Source: a virus (Duplodnaviria > Caudoviricetes). Taken from it: DNA of 27,256 nucleotides. Below the pieces are notes generated by a model, which was given only the letters and a program-made list of their open reading frames with translations, did no database searches and was not told the DNA's origin. This document shows, in pieces, positions 17,387-24,633 of the stretch. Numbering within the stretch: the stretch's first letter is position 1; each line of letters starts with the position of its first letter. The position numbers were made by a program, and so were the translations under genes. Location: IMG/VR virus record IMGVR_UViG_3300020045_007891, positions 1 through 27,256 of that record. One strand, given 5' to 3'.

Positions 17387-18043
17387 ATGGCAATCACAAA
17401 AGAACAAAAACTATCATTCATACAAAAGATTCTCTCCGGAGCCTATGCGACTTACCGTAAATATAAAGTTCTCCCTTCATTAACTCTTGCGCAAGGCTGT
17501 CTCGAAAGTGGTTATGGAACATCCGAGTTGGCGGTAAATGCGAATGATCTTTTTGGTATGAAGTGGTTTCCTGGTTGTGGGTTTGAACCATATTCTGTGG
17601 ACACTCAAGAGTATATCGATGGGGAGTGGATCACAGTAAAAGCACCATTTATGCAATTCCACACAGTGACTCAGTGCATTGAAAAACACGGAGTGTTGAT
17701 GACAAAACCCCGATATAAAAAAGTCATTGAAACAACCGACTGGAAAACAGCGACAGAAGAAGTCTGGAAGGCCGGATACGCGACAGATCCGACATATCCG
17801 TCAAAACTACAAAATGTTATCACTGCATTTAAGTTAGATGAGTATGACAGGAGGGCATTTACCATGGCTCAAATCAAAGATTACGACAAAATCCCCGATT
17901 GGCAGAAACCTTCGGTTGTCAAAATAGTCCAACTTGGATTAATGGTTGGTGATGGCAAAGGTCTTTTTAATGCTGATGAACCTTTTACAAGAGGTGAGTT
18001 TGCAGTTGTACTCGATAAAATTTACGAATCTTTCTTGAAGTGA
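17387..18043 (+). CDS. Endolysin: GH73 glucosaminidase plus SLH domain
   Basis: LAQGCLESGYG, LFGMK and GYATDPTY motifs; C-terminal W...GLMVGDGKGLFNADEPFTRGEFAVVL SLH motif. Confidence 0.92.
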   Translation: MAITKEQKLSFIQKILSGAYATYRKYKVLPSLTLAQGCLESGYGTSELAVNANDLFGMKWFPGCGFEPYSVDTQEYIDGEWITVKAPFMQFHTVTQCIEKHGVLMTKPRYKKVIETTDWKTATEEVWKAGYATDPTYPSKLQNVITAFKLDEYDRRAFTMAQIKDYDKIPDWQKPSVVKIVQLGLMVGDGKGLFNADEPFTRGEFAVVLDKIYESFLK

Positions 18044-18087
18044 CCTTGCTGGTTCTCCTACAGCATGGCACAATTCGATGATATATA

Positions 18088-18125
18088 CCCCGGTTGGCTA
18101 TACGCTGACCGGGGCTTTTTTATTT
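18088..18125 (+). terminator. Late-operon terminator
   Basis: CCCCGGTTGGC-TATAC-GCTGACCGGGG followed by CTTTTTTATTT. Confidence 0.9.
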
Positions 18126-18236
18126 GTCCTTTTTCTTGCACTTGGAGCATAAGAGCCGACCGTCTTCAGATACAAAATGTTTGAGTGATTTAACGGGACA
18201 GCGACAGAGTGAAGCAGAACTCTAGGCACATATCAT
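18120..18236 (-). pseudogene. Interrupted small Cys-rich ORF
   Basis: ATG overlaps the NTase stop (TAATG). Reads MICA*SSASLCRCPVKSLKHFVSEDGRLLCSKCKKKDK. Confidence 0.3.
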
Positions 18237-18634
18237 TAAGGTTGTATATTGAAAATTATTTTATAGTCTTTCCCTTCGGTTAACTGCATGGACATTAAGT
18301 CATCAAATGTAGTCAAATGAATACATTTCTTACCCGATACCAATTCTTTGTTAACAGAATCAGACGCCTTAAACATTCTATTTAAATAACTTCCAGAATA
18401 ATTCTCCATCAATTTATGAAGTTTATCAATAAAATCATCCCGATTTTCAATTTCAACTGCTAAGTCCAAGTCGCCTAGCAAATCTTTTTCCGTTGTATAA
18501 TAACTCCCAAAGACAGCTATCTTTTTTATTGTATGAACCTGCGATTCAGTTGAATTTATCCTTATTGCTATTTCTGGAACAGATTTAATTATCGAATCAG
18601 CATATGCTCGCGTAACTCCATTCCCTTTTTTCAT
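18236..18634 (-). CDS. Minimal nucleotidyltransferase (Pol beta superfamily)
   Basis: IKKIAVFGSY...GDLDLAVEI (GS plus DxD signature); ATGA overlap with the upstream gene. Confidence 0.85.
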   Translation of the reverse strand: MKKGNGVTRAYADSIIKSVPEIAIRINSTESQVHTIKKIAVFGSYYTTEKDLLGDLDLAVEIENRDDFIDKLHKLMENYSGSYLNRMFKASDSVNKELVSGKKCIHLTTFDDLMSMQLTEGKDYKIIFNIQP

Positions 18635-19572
18635 AGATTAATCACGTCCCAAAAATCATTTTCGTGTGCTATAATTATTCGTTTTCCATCTTTTCTCATG
18701 CTCATTGCCTTTTCAATCTTACGACCATAGCATGAATACGCCCAGTAAGGATTCCCTTCATCACCAATAATCAAGTAATCGGTAGATAGTGTGACAGAAT
18801 CATGGTATTTACCACCATTCGCTTCGATTGTCTTTGCGATATCTGCTCTTTTTGTTTTACTAGATGCCCCTGTAAAACAGAACTGTTTGTTACATATCAT
18901 TATTTCTGGATCCATGGCGCAGATTCCTGATGTTTTAACCTGTTCTTTTAGTTGAGATATCTCTTTCGAATGAACATTTGCAGACAAGCGGATGTCAAAA
19001 AATTGACTAAAAAATACTTTCAGCGTATTACGCTCATTTTCTGTGATGATTCCATCTTTGACGATATCTGATACAATGGAGCATAATTCATCATATGGGT
19101 ATGTACTTTTCATTTCTTCATGATCCCATAACCAGGTTCGAAGCGCATATATTTCTGCATTACTAATCTCACCGTCGGCTAATATTCCGTGCAGCATACC
19201 CTGGATGTTTTGTATTCCTGATGTAATTAAGTCATAATATTCACCATCACCAAGGTTTTGTTTACAGCACCATATTATATCTTGGAGTTCATCATTGGAG
19301 ATCACATCATCCTCCAATGCTATGTCTAATATCTCGAAAACTTCATCAAATGGACGCTTGTCTGATAATTTACGATAGAATTGACACCAATGTTTTATTT
19401 CATATAATTCTTCGGGATTAATGTTTTTATCAATATTAATACCTTCTAGAATACCTATTAATGAATTCATAGCTTTATCACGAATGGCAGGGCCGCAATA
19501 CTTAGCAAAATCATTTGAATCAATTCTATCAATACACTTGATATCTGTATCATTCATACAAGTTTTATCCAT
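18631..19572 (-). CDS. Protein with tandem TerB-like helical repeats and C-terminal BRCT domain
   Basis: Repeats GILEGINIDKNINPEE / GMLHGILADGEISNAE; BRCT motif FCFTG...IEANGG...VT..TDYLIIG...KIEKA...W. ATG 19572 follows GGAGGTG. Confidence 0.85.
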   Translation of the reverse strand: MDKTCMNDTDIKCIDRIDSNDFAKYCGPAIRDKAMNSLIGILEGINIDKNINPEELYEIKHWCQFYRKLSDKRPFDEVFEILDIALEDDVISNDELQDIIWCCKQNLGDGEYYDLITSGIQNIQGMLHGILADGEISNAEIYALRTWLWDHEEMKSTYPYDELCSIVSDIVKDGIITENERNTLKVFFSQFFDIRLSANVHSKEISQLKEQVKTSGICAMDPEIMICNKQFCFTGASSKTKRADIAKTIEANGGKYHDSVTLSTDYLIIGDEGNPYWAYSCYGRKIEKAMSMRKDGKRIIIAHENDFWDVINL

Positions 19573-19591
19573 ATTCAACACCTCCACCCAC

Positions 19592-19620
19592 GTTCTACCA
19601 TAACAAATAAAGAATGTCAA
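19592..19620 (-). promoter_or_regulatory. Putative sigmaA promoter of the BRCT-NTase operon
   Basis: TTGACA-17 bp-TAGAAC with an extended TG; the -10 is imperfect. Confidence 0.5.
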
Positions 19621-19677
19621 GATATGACCGAGTATACATGCGAAATATTACAAAACAAATTACGCATATCATAAAAC

Positions 19678-19697
19678 TTGTTCGATATACCGGACAA
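19678..19697. promoter_or_regulatory. Palindromic operator candidate TTGTTCG-N6-CGGACAA
   Basis: 6/7 inverted repeat between the divergent BRCT operon and the XRE gene. Confidence 0.45.
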
Positions 19698-19732
19698 CAT
19701 CACTGTTGTACTTATGTGGGGTATTTTAAATT

Positions 19733-19936
19733 ATGAGGGTCGAATTTTACATATTGAAGTATAGGCTCGCAGCAAATATGTCTTTGGACGACTTATCGGA
19801 TAGATCTGGTGTTAGCAAATCAGTTATTAGCGATTTGGAAAAAAACGTTCAGAAAAACACGACACTTTTAACAATTCATTCTATCGCAAAAGCATTAAAT
19901 AAAAAACCAGATGCATTGTATAAAATTATCTGGTAA
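19733..19936 (+). CDS. XRE-family HTH regulator
   Basis: MSLDDLSDRSGVSKSVISDLEK...TTLLTIHSIAKAL. Confidence 0.85.
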   Translation: MRVEFYILKYRLAANMSLDDLSDRSGVSKSVISDLEKNVQKNTTLLTIHSIAKALNKKPDALYKIIW

Positions 19937-20089
19937 TTTGTCGATCCGTGTATTTTCTTGTCATATTTTCAAGTTTATGTTTTGTAAAATAAATTCAATT
20001 ATGTTAACATATTTCTCGGGGGGAACAGATTCCATGTAATTCATGTGATCTCATTCCCCTATTTTTATATTGTTGGGGGTGAATAATGA

Positions 20090-20131
20090 CGAACAAATAT
20101 TCTTTTAATCTGAATTGGAATATGTTACAAT
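20090..20131 (+). promoter_or_regulatory. SOS (Cheo)-like box plus extended -10 promoter
   Basis: CGAACAAATATTC at 20090-20102 (GAAC-N4-ATTC, one mismatch to GAAC-N4-GTTC); TGTTACAAT at 20123-20131. Confidence 0.45.
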
Positions 20132-20243
20132 AGAAAAGCAGTCACAACGAATGACTGCTTTTCTGAGAGAACACTATGATGCAATAATGTAAAAAATACA
20201 AAACTTCCGACATTATTGTAACATAGTATCTTTTTACGTGCAA
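20130..20243 (-). ncRNA. Putative ~80-nt antisense sRNA with its promoter
   Basis: Minus-strand TTGCAC(20243-38)-17 bp-TACAAT(20220-15) with extended TG, pointing into the 20132-20164 hairpin; no ORF between them. Confidence 0.45.
20132..20164. terminator. Bidirectional terminator-like hairpin
   Basis: Perfect 13-bp inverted repeat AGAAAAGCAGTCA-N7-TGACTGCTTTTCT. Confidence 0.8.
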
Positions 20244-20288
20244 GAAGTATACGTTAAATCGATTTTAATTTGCAGAAGGAGAAAGACT

Positions 20289-20555
20289 ATGATTGCTATT
20301 GAAACGATAAACAATGATGGTGTTTTAAAAATCGAAACAAATAGGTTAGACCAAAAGATACAATCCGTAATTGTTGATAATAATTGTTATGGGTATTGCC
20401 TTTCAAAACTTAAAACAGCAATTGGATGCAATTATTTTCAAGTTGAATCCGAAATTAATGCAATGATTTTAACTATATCTGAGCAAATGTACATCCAAGG
20501 GATAAGGGATGGGGTTAGTTTTGTCACGCACATCAAGACGCTCGACCTAATATAA
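20289..20555 (+). CDS. Hypothetical helical protein next to attP
   Basis: AAGGAG RBS before ATG 20289; EQMYIQGIRDG motif; has its own downstream hairpin. Confidence 0.7.
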   Translation: MIAIETINNDGVLKIETNRLDQKIQSVIVDNNCYGYCLSKLKTAIGCNYFQVESEINAMILTISEQMYIQGIRDGVSFVTHIKTLDLI

Positions 20556-20565
20556 TTAATATCTA

Positions 20566-20604
20566 ATAGAAGTGTTTCATAAGTAATATATGGGACACTT
20601 TTAT
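20566..20604 (+). terminator. Terminator hairpin after ORF 20289
   Basis: 16-bp stem ATAGAAGTGTTTCATA / TATGGGACACTTTTAT, fully paired when G-U is allowed on the + strand. Confidence 0.65.
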
Positions 20605-20605
20605 A

Positions 20606-20651
20606 GTTATCGCAACAAGTCTTGCCATGTGGTAAAACCATTTACGATAAC
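20606..20651. other. Candidate attP of the serine integrase
   Basis: 22-bp imperfect inverted arms (16/22) around a central TG at 20628-29, overlapping the integrase stop. Confidence 0.6.
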
Positions 20652-22132
20652 AAATTTATTGCATCACCATTAAACATTATGACAGACTTAACCCGTTTAT
20701 CATTTGTCAAATTAACCGATTGGATTACTTCTCTCAACAGTCCTTTACGTTGTCCATTGTTCAATGCGCTATACAGTTCATTAAAATCCTCTATTTCTGA
20801 GACTGTGTCAGAAATGCTATTCTGAATAATCATAAACATTGTTTGCTTTTTATTCTCTAAAATTTCTAATTGATGATACAGTTCATTTATACGATTTAAA
20901 AACGGGGCAGTATTAACCTCAGTCGATGATTCAAACAAACTTAAATATTTGTTAATAGTTGTCTTTGTCTTTTCAATTTCATTGGTAACAGTATCAATAT
21001 CATTTATTTTAGAATCCTTTAACGGGTTATCATTTGCGATTTGAATATATTTTTTAGAGTCTATATATTCCGTTATGGCAGCTATCACAAAAGGCTCTAC
21101 CTTATGTGCAGATATGTATATCCCTTTACAAACACCTTTACCCTTATCTTTATTGTTGCATCTATACATCCTAACAGGATATTTTGACACTTCTCCATTT
21201 TTAGTTTTATGCTTATTGACTGTATTTAAGGCAAACATATTAGCACCACAAAGTGGGCATACAACAAGCCCAGTCAATACAGAGTCATTGTCAGGAAATC
21301 TAACTACTTTTCTTAATTTACCCGCCTTTATCATTTGAGATGCTTTTTGGAAAACTTCCTCGCTTACTATTGGCTCGTGACATCCTTTTAAAATTTGAGC
21401 ATTTTCAAGCTTTTTATATCCATGTGGATGCACTCCAGTTCTTACATACCCTGCATAGAAGTGATTTTGAATCATGTCCCTTATAGTTGTCCGTTGCCAT
21501 AACCCACCAGGCTTTGTCCTAACACCTCTTGCATTTAAGTCCTCAGCTAAGGCCGTTAAACAGTTACCGCTACTATTTATATATGTGGTAAAAACATGTT
21601 GCACTATTTCAGCTTGTTCTGGAACGATAATAGCTTTTTTATTTTCATATTTATACCCATATGGGATCGATCCTTTACTGTGACCTTGTTTAAATCTTTC
21701 GTTCATCCCCATTTTTACATTATCAATGATTGTATTTCTTTCGAACTCAGCTATACTCCCAAGCATTTGTAAAAGCATTTTCCCCATTGGAGTTGATGTA
21801 TCAAATTTTTCTGAATAGCTTTGAAATGATACTTTATATTTATTTAAAGTATCTACAATCGAAAGAAGATCCATTAAACTTCTGCTTAAACGTGATAACT
21901 TCCACACGAGTACAAGATCGAACGTATTTGTTCCTGCATCTTTTAGTAACTCACACAAAGCCGGACGATCTTTAATGTTTTTACCAGATATACCAGCATC
22001 CTGATATACTTTTATTACCGTATTTTGTGTCACTCTCGAATAATCTTTTAGCAATGACACTTGTGCAGCTATAGAGTATCCTTCTTGTGCTTGTTCGTTC
22101 GTTGACACCCTGACATATATGGCAATTCTCAT
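20642..22132 (-). CDS. Large serine recombinase (integrase)
   Basis: YVRVST catalytic Ser, DAGISG..RP, KLSRLSR, recombinase domain, zinc ribbon CPLC...YRC...C, coiled coil. Confidence 0.96.
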   Translation of the reverse strand: MRIAIYVRVSTNEQAQEGYSIAAQVSLLKDYSRVTQNTVIKVYQDAGISGKNIKDRPALCELLKDAGTNTFDLVLVWKLSRLSRSLMDLLSIVDTLNKYKVSFQSYSEKFDTSTPMGKMLLQMLGSIAEFERNTIIDNVKMGMNERFKQGHSKGSIPYGYKYENKKAIIVPEQAEIVQHVFTTYINSSGNCLTALAEDLNARGVRTKPGGLWQRTTIRDMIQNHFYAGYVRTGVHPHGYKKLENAQILKGCHEPIVSEEVFQKASQMIKAGKLRKVVRFPDNDSVLTGLVVCPLCGANMFALNTVNKHKTKNGEVSKYPVRMYRCNNKDKGKGVCKGIYISAHKVEPFVIAAITEYIDSKKYIQIANDNPLKDSKINDIDTVTNEIEKTKTTINKYLSLFESSTEVNTAPFLNRINELYHQLEILENKKQTMFMIIQNSISDTVSEIEDFNELYSALNNGQRKGLLREVIQSVNLTNDKRVKSVIMFNGDAINLLS

Positions 22133-22449
22133 TTTGTAACCTCTTGCCCTGACAAAATAAATTTTGCGTACTCAATAATTTTTCTTTTGTTATCTTCGTT
22201 TAAAGATATAAATATTTCATCCATTTCCTTTTTATTTACTGGGTATCTTTCATCGCTCATTCCAGTAATGTAATCTATAGACACATTAAATGCTGTACAG
22301 ATTTTTCTTAATTCTGACAACCCCGGATTAACACGAACCCCTTGCTCGTATCTGCTAATGGATACATTAGATATTCCTGTCTTTATTGACATATCTTCTT
22401 GTGTCCATCCATTTTCTTCTCTTAACATTTTCAATCTATATGGAAACAT
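22129..22449 (-). CDS. CI-like XRE repressor (no peptidase domain)
   Basis: RLKMLREENGWTQEDM...ISRYEQG...P...FNVSIDYITG; divergent from cro; ATGA-coupled to the integrase. Confidence 0.9.
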   Translation of the reverse strand: MFPYRLKMLREENGWTQEDMSIKTGISNVSISRYEQGVRVNPGLSELRKICTAFNVSIDYITGMSDERYPVNKKEMDEIFISLNEDNKRKIIEYAKFILSGQEVTK

Positions 22450-22480
22450 TTTAATTATCCCCTTTTTATTTAATAACTTT

Positions 22481-22509
22481 ATTATATGCGTATCATTTTA
22501 ACATTTCAA
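22481..22509 (-). promoter_or_regulatory. Leftward (repressor/integrase) sigmaA promoter
   Basis: TTGAAA-17 bp-TATAAT on the minus strand. Confidence 0.75.
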
Positions 22510-22550
22510 TAGAAATATACCGAATGGATAAAAATATTTTAATATAACGG

Positions 22551-22579
22551 TTGACAATTTCCGACAGGATGTATATAAT
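22551..22579 (+). promoter_or_regulatory. Rightward early lytic sigmaA promoter
   Basis: Perfect TTGACA-17 bp-TATAAT. Confidence 0.9.
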
Positions 22580-22618
22580 TTAACCATACGGTAAATTGAT
22601 ACAGAAGGCGGTGAAACA

Positions 22619-22837
22619 ATGGTAAGTTTTCAGGAGTTATCAAAACTAAAAGGCATCATGCGACAATACAACATAGTGTACCAAGATGTAGCAACAGCAA
22701 CCGATAGGAGTACTTCGGGTATATGCAAAATACTCAATGGTGAAAATGACATTAAGCTTGATTTGCAAAAGAAAATATTGAATTATGTTAACGAAAAGTC
22801 AGGCCAAAAATTTTCGTTAAATGATATTTTTGGGTAA
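22619..22837 (+). CDS. Cro-like HTH protein
   Basis: KLKGIMRQYNIVYQDVA...ICKILNG...LNDIF; first gene after the rightward promoter. Confidence 0.8.
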   Translation: MVSFQELSKLKGIMRQYNIVYQDVATATDRSTSGICKILNGENDIKLDLQKKILNYVNEKSGQKFSLNDIFG

Positions 22838-22891
22838 GTTCGTCGAATTTTTGTCCAAAACTTACCGAATGGATAAAAGGAGCGAATCCAT

Positions 22892-22981
22892 ATGGGAGAA
22901 AATCGGTTTATTGAAGTGTTAAGGTATTGGATCAAGGTGGCTAAAGAGAATAAAAGGAAGGAAAAAAGTACGAATGGATGA
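22892..22981 (+). CDS. 29-aa basic peptide (absent from ORF track)
   Basis: MGENRFIEVLRYWIKVAKENKRKEKSTNG; AAGGAG RBS; overlaps the antirepressor start. Confidence 0.5.
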   Translation: MGENRFIEVLRYWIKVAKENKRKEKSTNG

Positions 22982-23723
22982 ACTAATCACTTCAAACCAA
23001 ATGACATCAATGCAGATTGCAGAGATAACCGGGAAACGACATGACAATATTATGAGAGATATCAAAGATGAAATTGAAAAACTTGAATTAGGTGGTATCT
23101 CTGGAGCCCTCAAATTTGAGGTGTCCTCATACAGCACAGAACAAAACAAAGAAATGCCTTGTTACCAACTCACTAAAGAAGGAGTCCTTCAATTAGCAGC
23201 TAGGTATGATGCAGTAATCAGGGCAAAGCTCATTGAACTAGCCATGAAGTCTGAATCAAAACCACAACAGATCAACAGCCAGTTCCTATTCCAGATAGCC
23301 GCACAACTCGAAGAAGCGGAGTGTGAAAACTCAGTTTTAAAACTTGAAACCAACATGAAGGACCAAGTCATCAAGGAATTGAAACCCAAAGCAGACTATA
23401 CGGATTCTATCCTTAAAAACAAAGGTCTCGTTACTATTACTCAGATCGCTAAAGATTACGGCATGACCGGACAAGCTATGAATGATCTTCTTCACGAGTT
23501 TGGTATTCAGTATCGCCAGAGCGAACAATGGCTTCTTTATCAAAAATACCAGGACAAGGGTTATACCCATTCAGAGACAATCAATATCAAACGAAGTGGC
23601 GGACGTCCCGACATCACCATGAATACCAAGTGGACACAAAAAGGAAGACTTTTCATCTATGCATTACTGAAAAATAAGAAATCAATCATACCAGTTATTG
23701 AGCGTGAGTTAATAACATACTAA
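22974..23723 (+). CDS. Antirepressor: Rha N-terminal plus KilAC/ANT C-terminal domain
   Basis: MTSMQIAEITGKRHDNIMRDI; LKPKADYTD...TQIAKDYG...TKWTQKGRLFIY. Confidence 0.92.
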   Translation: MDELITSNQMTSMQIAEITGKRHDNIMRDIKDEIEKLELGGISGALKFEVSSYSTEQNKEMPCYQLTKEGVLQLAARYDAVIRAKLIELAMKSESKPQQINSQFLFQIAAQLEEAECENSVLKLETNMKDQVIKELKPKADYTDSILKNKGLVTITQIAKDYGMTGQAMNDLLHEFGIQYRQSEQWLLYQKYQDKGYTHSETINIKRSGGRPDITMNTKWTQKGRLFIYALLKNKKSIIPVIERELITY

Positions 23724-23841
23724 CTCCCTAAATCAATTGTGCATTATTGACAAGTGAATACCCAAACCACCTATCGGCTTAAGTGACATGATGGTGATGG
23801 TAACGGGACAAGCCAAAACAAAAAGATTAAGGAGAACGGAT

Positions 23842-24012
23842 ATGAGCGATTTGGAGAAAGCAAGACAGGACATGTACAACTCTATTACATATAATCGCCC
23901 TGACGTTTTAGTGCGGTCTCAGATATTGGATAACTTGATCGTGGAGAACATGAAGCAACAGACCAGACCGTCCGAACTGTTGCGAAACGGGACGATTGAT
24001 CGGAGGGTGTGA
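23842..24012 (+). CDS. Spo0E-like aspartyl-phosphate phosphatase
   Basis: LEKARQDMYNSI...DVLVRSQILDNLIVENMK resembles the Spo0E SQELD helix hairpin; AAGGAG RBS before ATG 23842. Confidence 0.65.
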   Translation: MSDLEKARQDMYNSITYNRPDVLVRSQILDNLIVENMKQQTRPSELLRNGTIDRRV

Positions 24013-24179
24013 AGGTGAACGACAAGATTAAAGCAGCACAGGTCAATCTTAACGCCACTTTACAATGCGGAACTAAAAAGGACAAGTTGGCGGCATCGGA
24101 ACGGCTTAGGCAGGCGATTAAGGAGTCCATGAGCGAATCGGTTGGGCGGTCGGTGGTGGTCGGGAAGAAGTGTAGCTAA
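24009..24179 (+). CDS. 56-aa helical protein (absent from ORF track)
   Basis: GTG overlaps the previous TGA; GGAGG RBS; MKVNDKIKAAQVNLNATLQCGTKKDKLAASERLRQAIKESM... Confidence 0.6.
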   Translation: MKVNDKIKAAQVNLNATLQCGTKKDKLAASERLRQAIKESMSESVGRSVVVGKKCS

Positions 24180-24193
24180 TAAAGGAGATTACC

Positions 24194-24577
24194 ATGAAAC
24201 AATTATTAATTGAAGTACAGTCGCGAATAGTTGTGGTTGAGACAAAGATTGAGGCGGCAAAAGAGTCTATCGTGGATTTGGAAGAAGAAATGTATGCGTT
24301 GTTATCTTTAGTCAGGATTTACGATAAACCAAGCAAGCCCAAAAGCATAAGAGCTCAATATATGGATGTAATCATTAAATTACTTGATAGTGATGCTATA
24401 AAACCATTCAGCATAAACGCCATATTTGATGTGGTTAAATCAGAACTTACATTCCCGGCAGATAGAAAAATTTTGAGCGGTATTCTTTCACAGGCGTCAG
24501 GTAGTGGACGTATTCGCCGAGTCGGATCAGGACAGTATTCAGCGATTGTAAGGCACATAGAGCAAACATATAACTAA
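24194..24577 (+). CDS. Coiled-coil plus winged-helix protein
   Basis: N-terminal heptads; C-terminal ...ILSGILSQ...RIRRVGSGQY wing motif. Confidence 0.65.
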   Translation: MKQLLIEVQSRIVVVETKIEAAKESIVDLEEEMYALLSLVRIYDKPSKPKSIRAQYMDVIIKLLDSDAIKPFSINAIFDVVKSELTFPADRKILSGILSQASGSGRIRRVGSGQYSAIVRHIEQTYN

Positions 24578-24633
24578 TCAATCTTAGGTGTATATACAAA
24601 TGTTATTACAAACGTATATACGCAAGTAAAGGA

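Larger units (their letters stand above)
22518..22878. promoter_or_regulatory. Repressor/Cro operator repeats
   Basis: TACCGAATGGATAAAA at 22518-33 and 22863-78; variants TTCCGACAGGAT (22559-70) and inverted TTACCGTATGGTTAA (22594-80). Confidence 0.75.

Noticed and set aside
326-17865. Numerous minus-strand ORFs in the late region and alternate-frame ORFs in the track
   Set aside because: They are shadows of well-supported + strand genes, with no recognisable motifs.
18222-18224. TAG recoding (alternative genetic code)
   Set aside because: TAG terminates several clear genes (portal, tail chaperone, tail hub, peptidase), and long ORFs are intact under the standard code.
18126-18235. Self-cleaving ribozyme (CTGAAGA...GAAA on the minus strand)
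   Set aside because: The required hammerhead stems could not be formed by eye.
18631-19572. NAD-dependent DNA ligase
   Set aside because: Only a BRCT domain is shared; there is no adenylation or OB domain.
20566-20604. This inverted repeat as attP
   Set aside because: All mismatches are G-U compatible on the + strand and it follows a stop codon, which fits an RNA terminator better.
22619-24200. Arbitrium-type peptide communication system
   Set aside because: No TPR/RRNPP receptor gene and no signal-peptide-bearing small ORF in the window.
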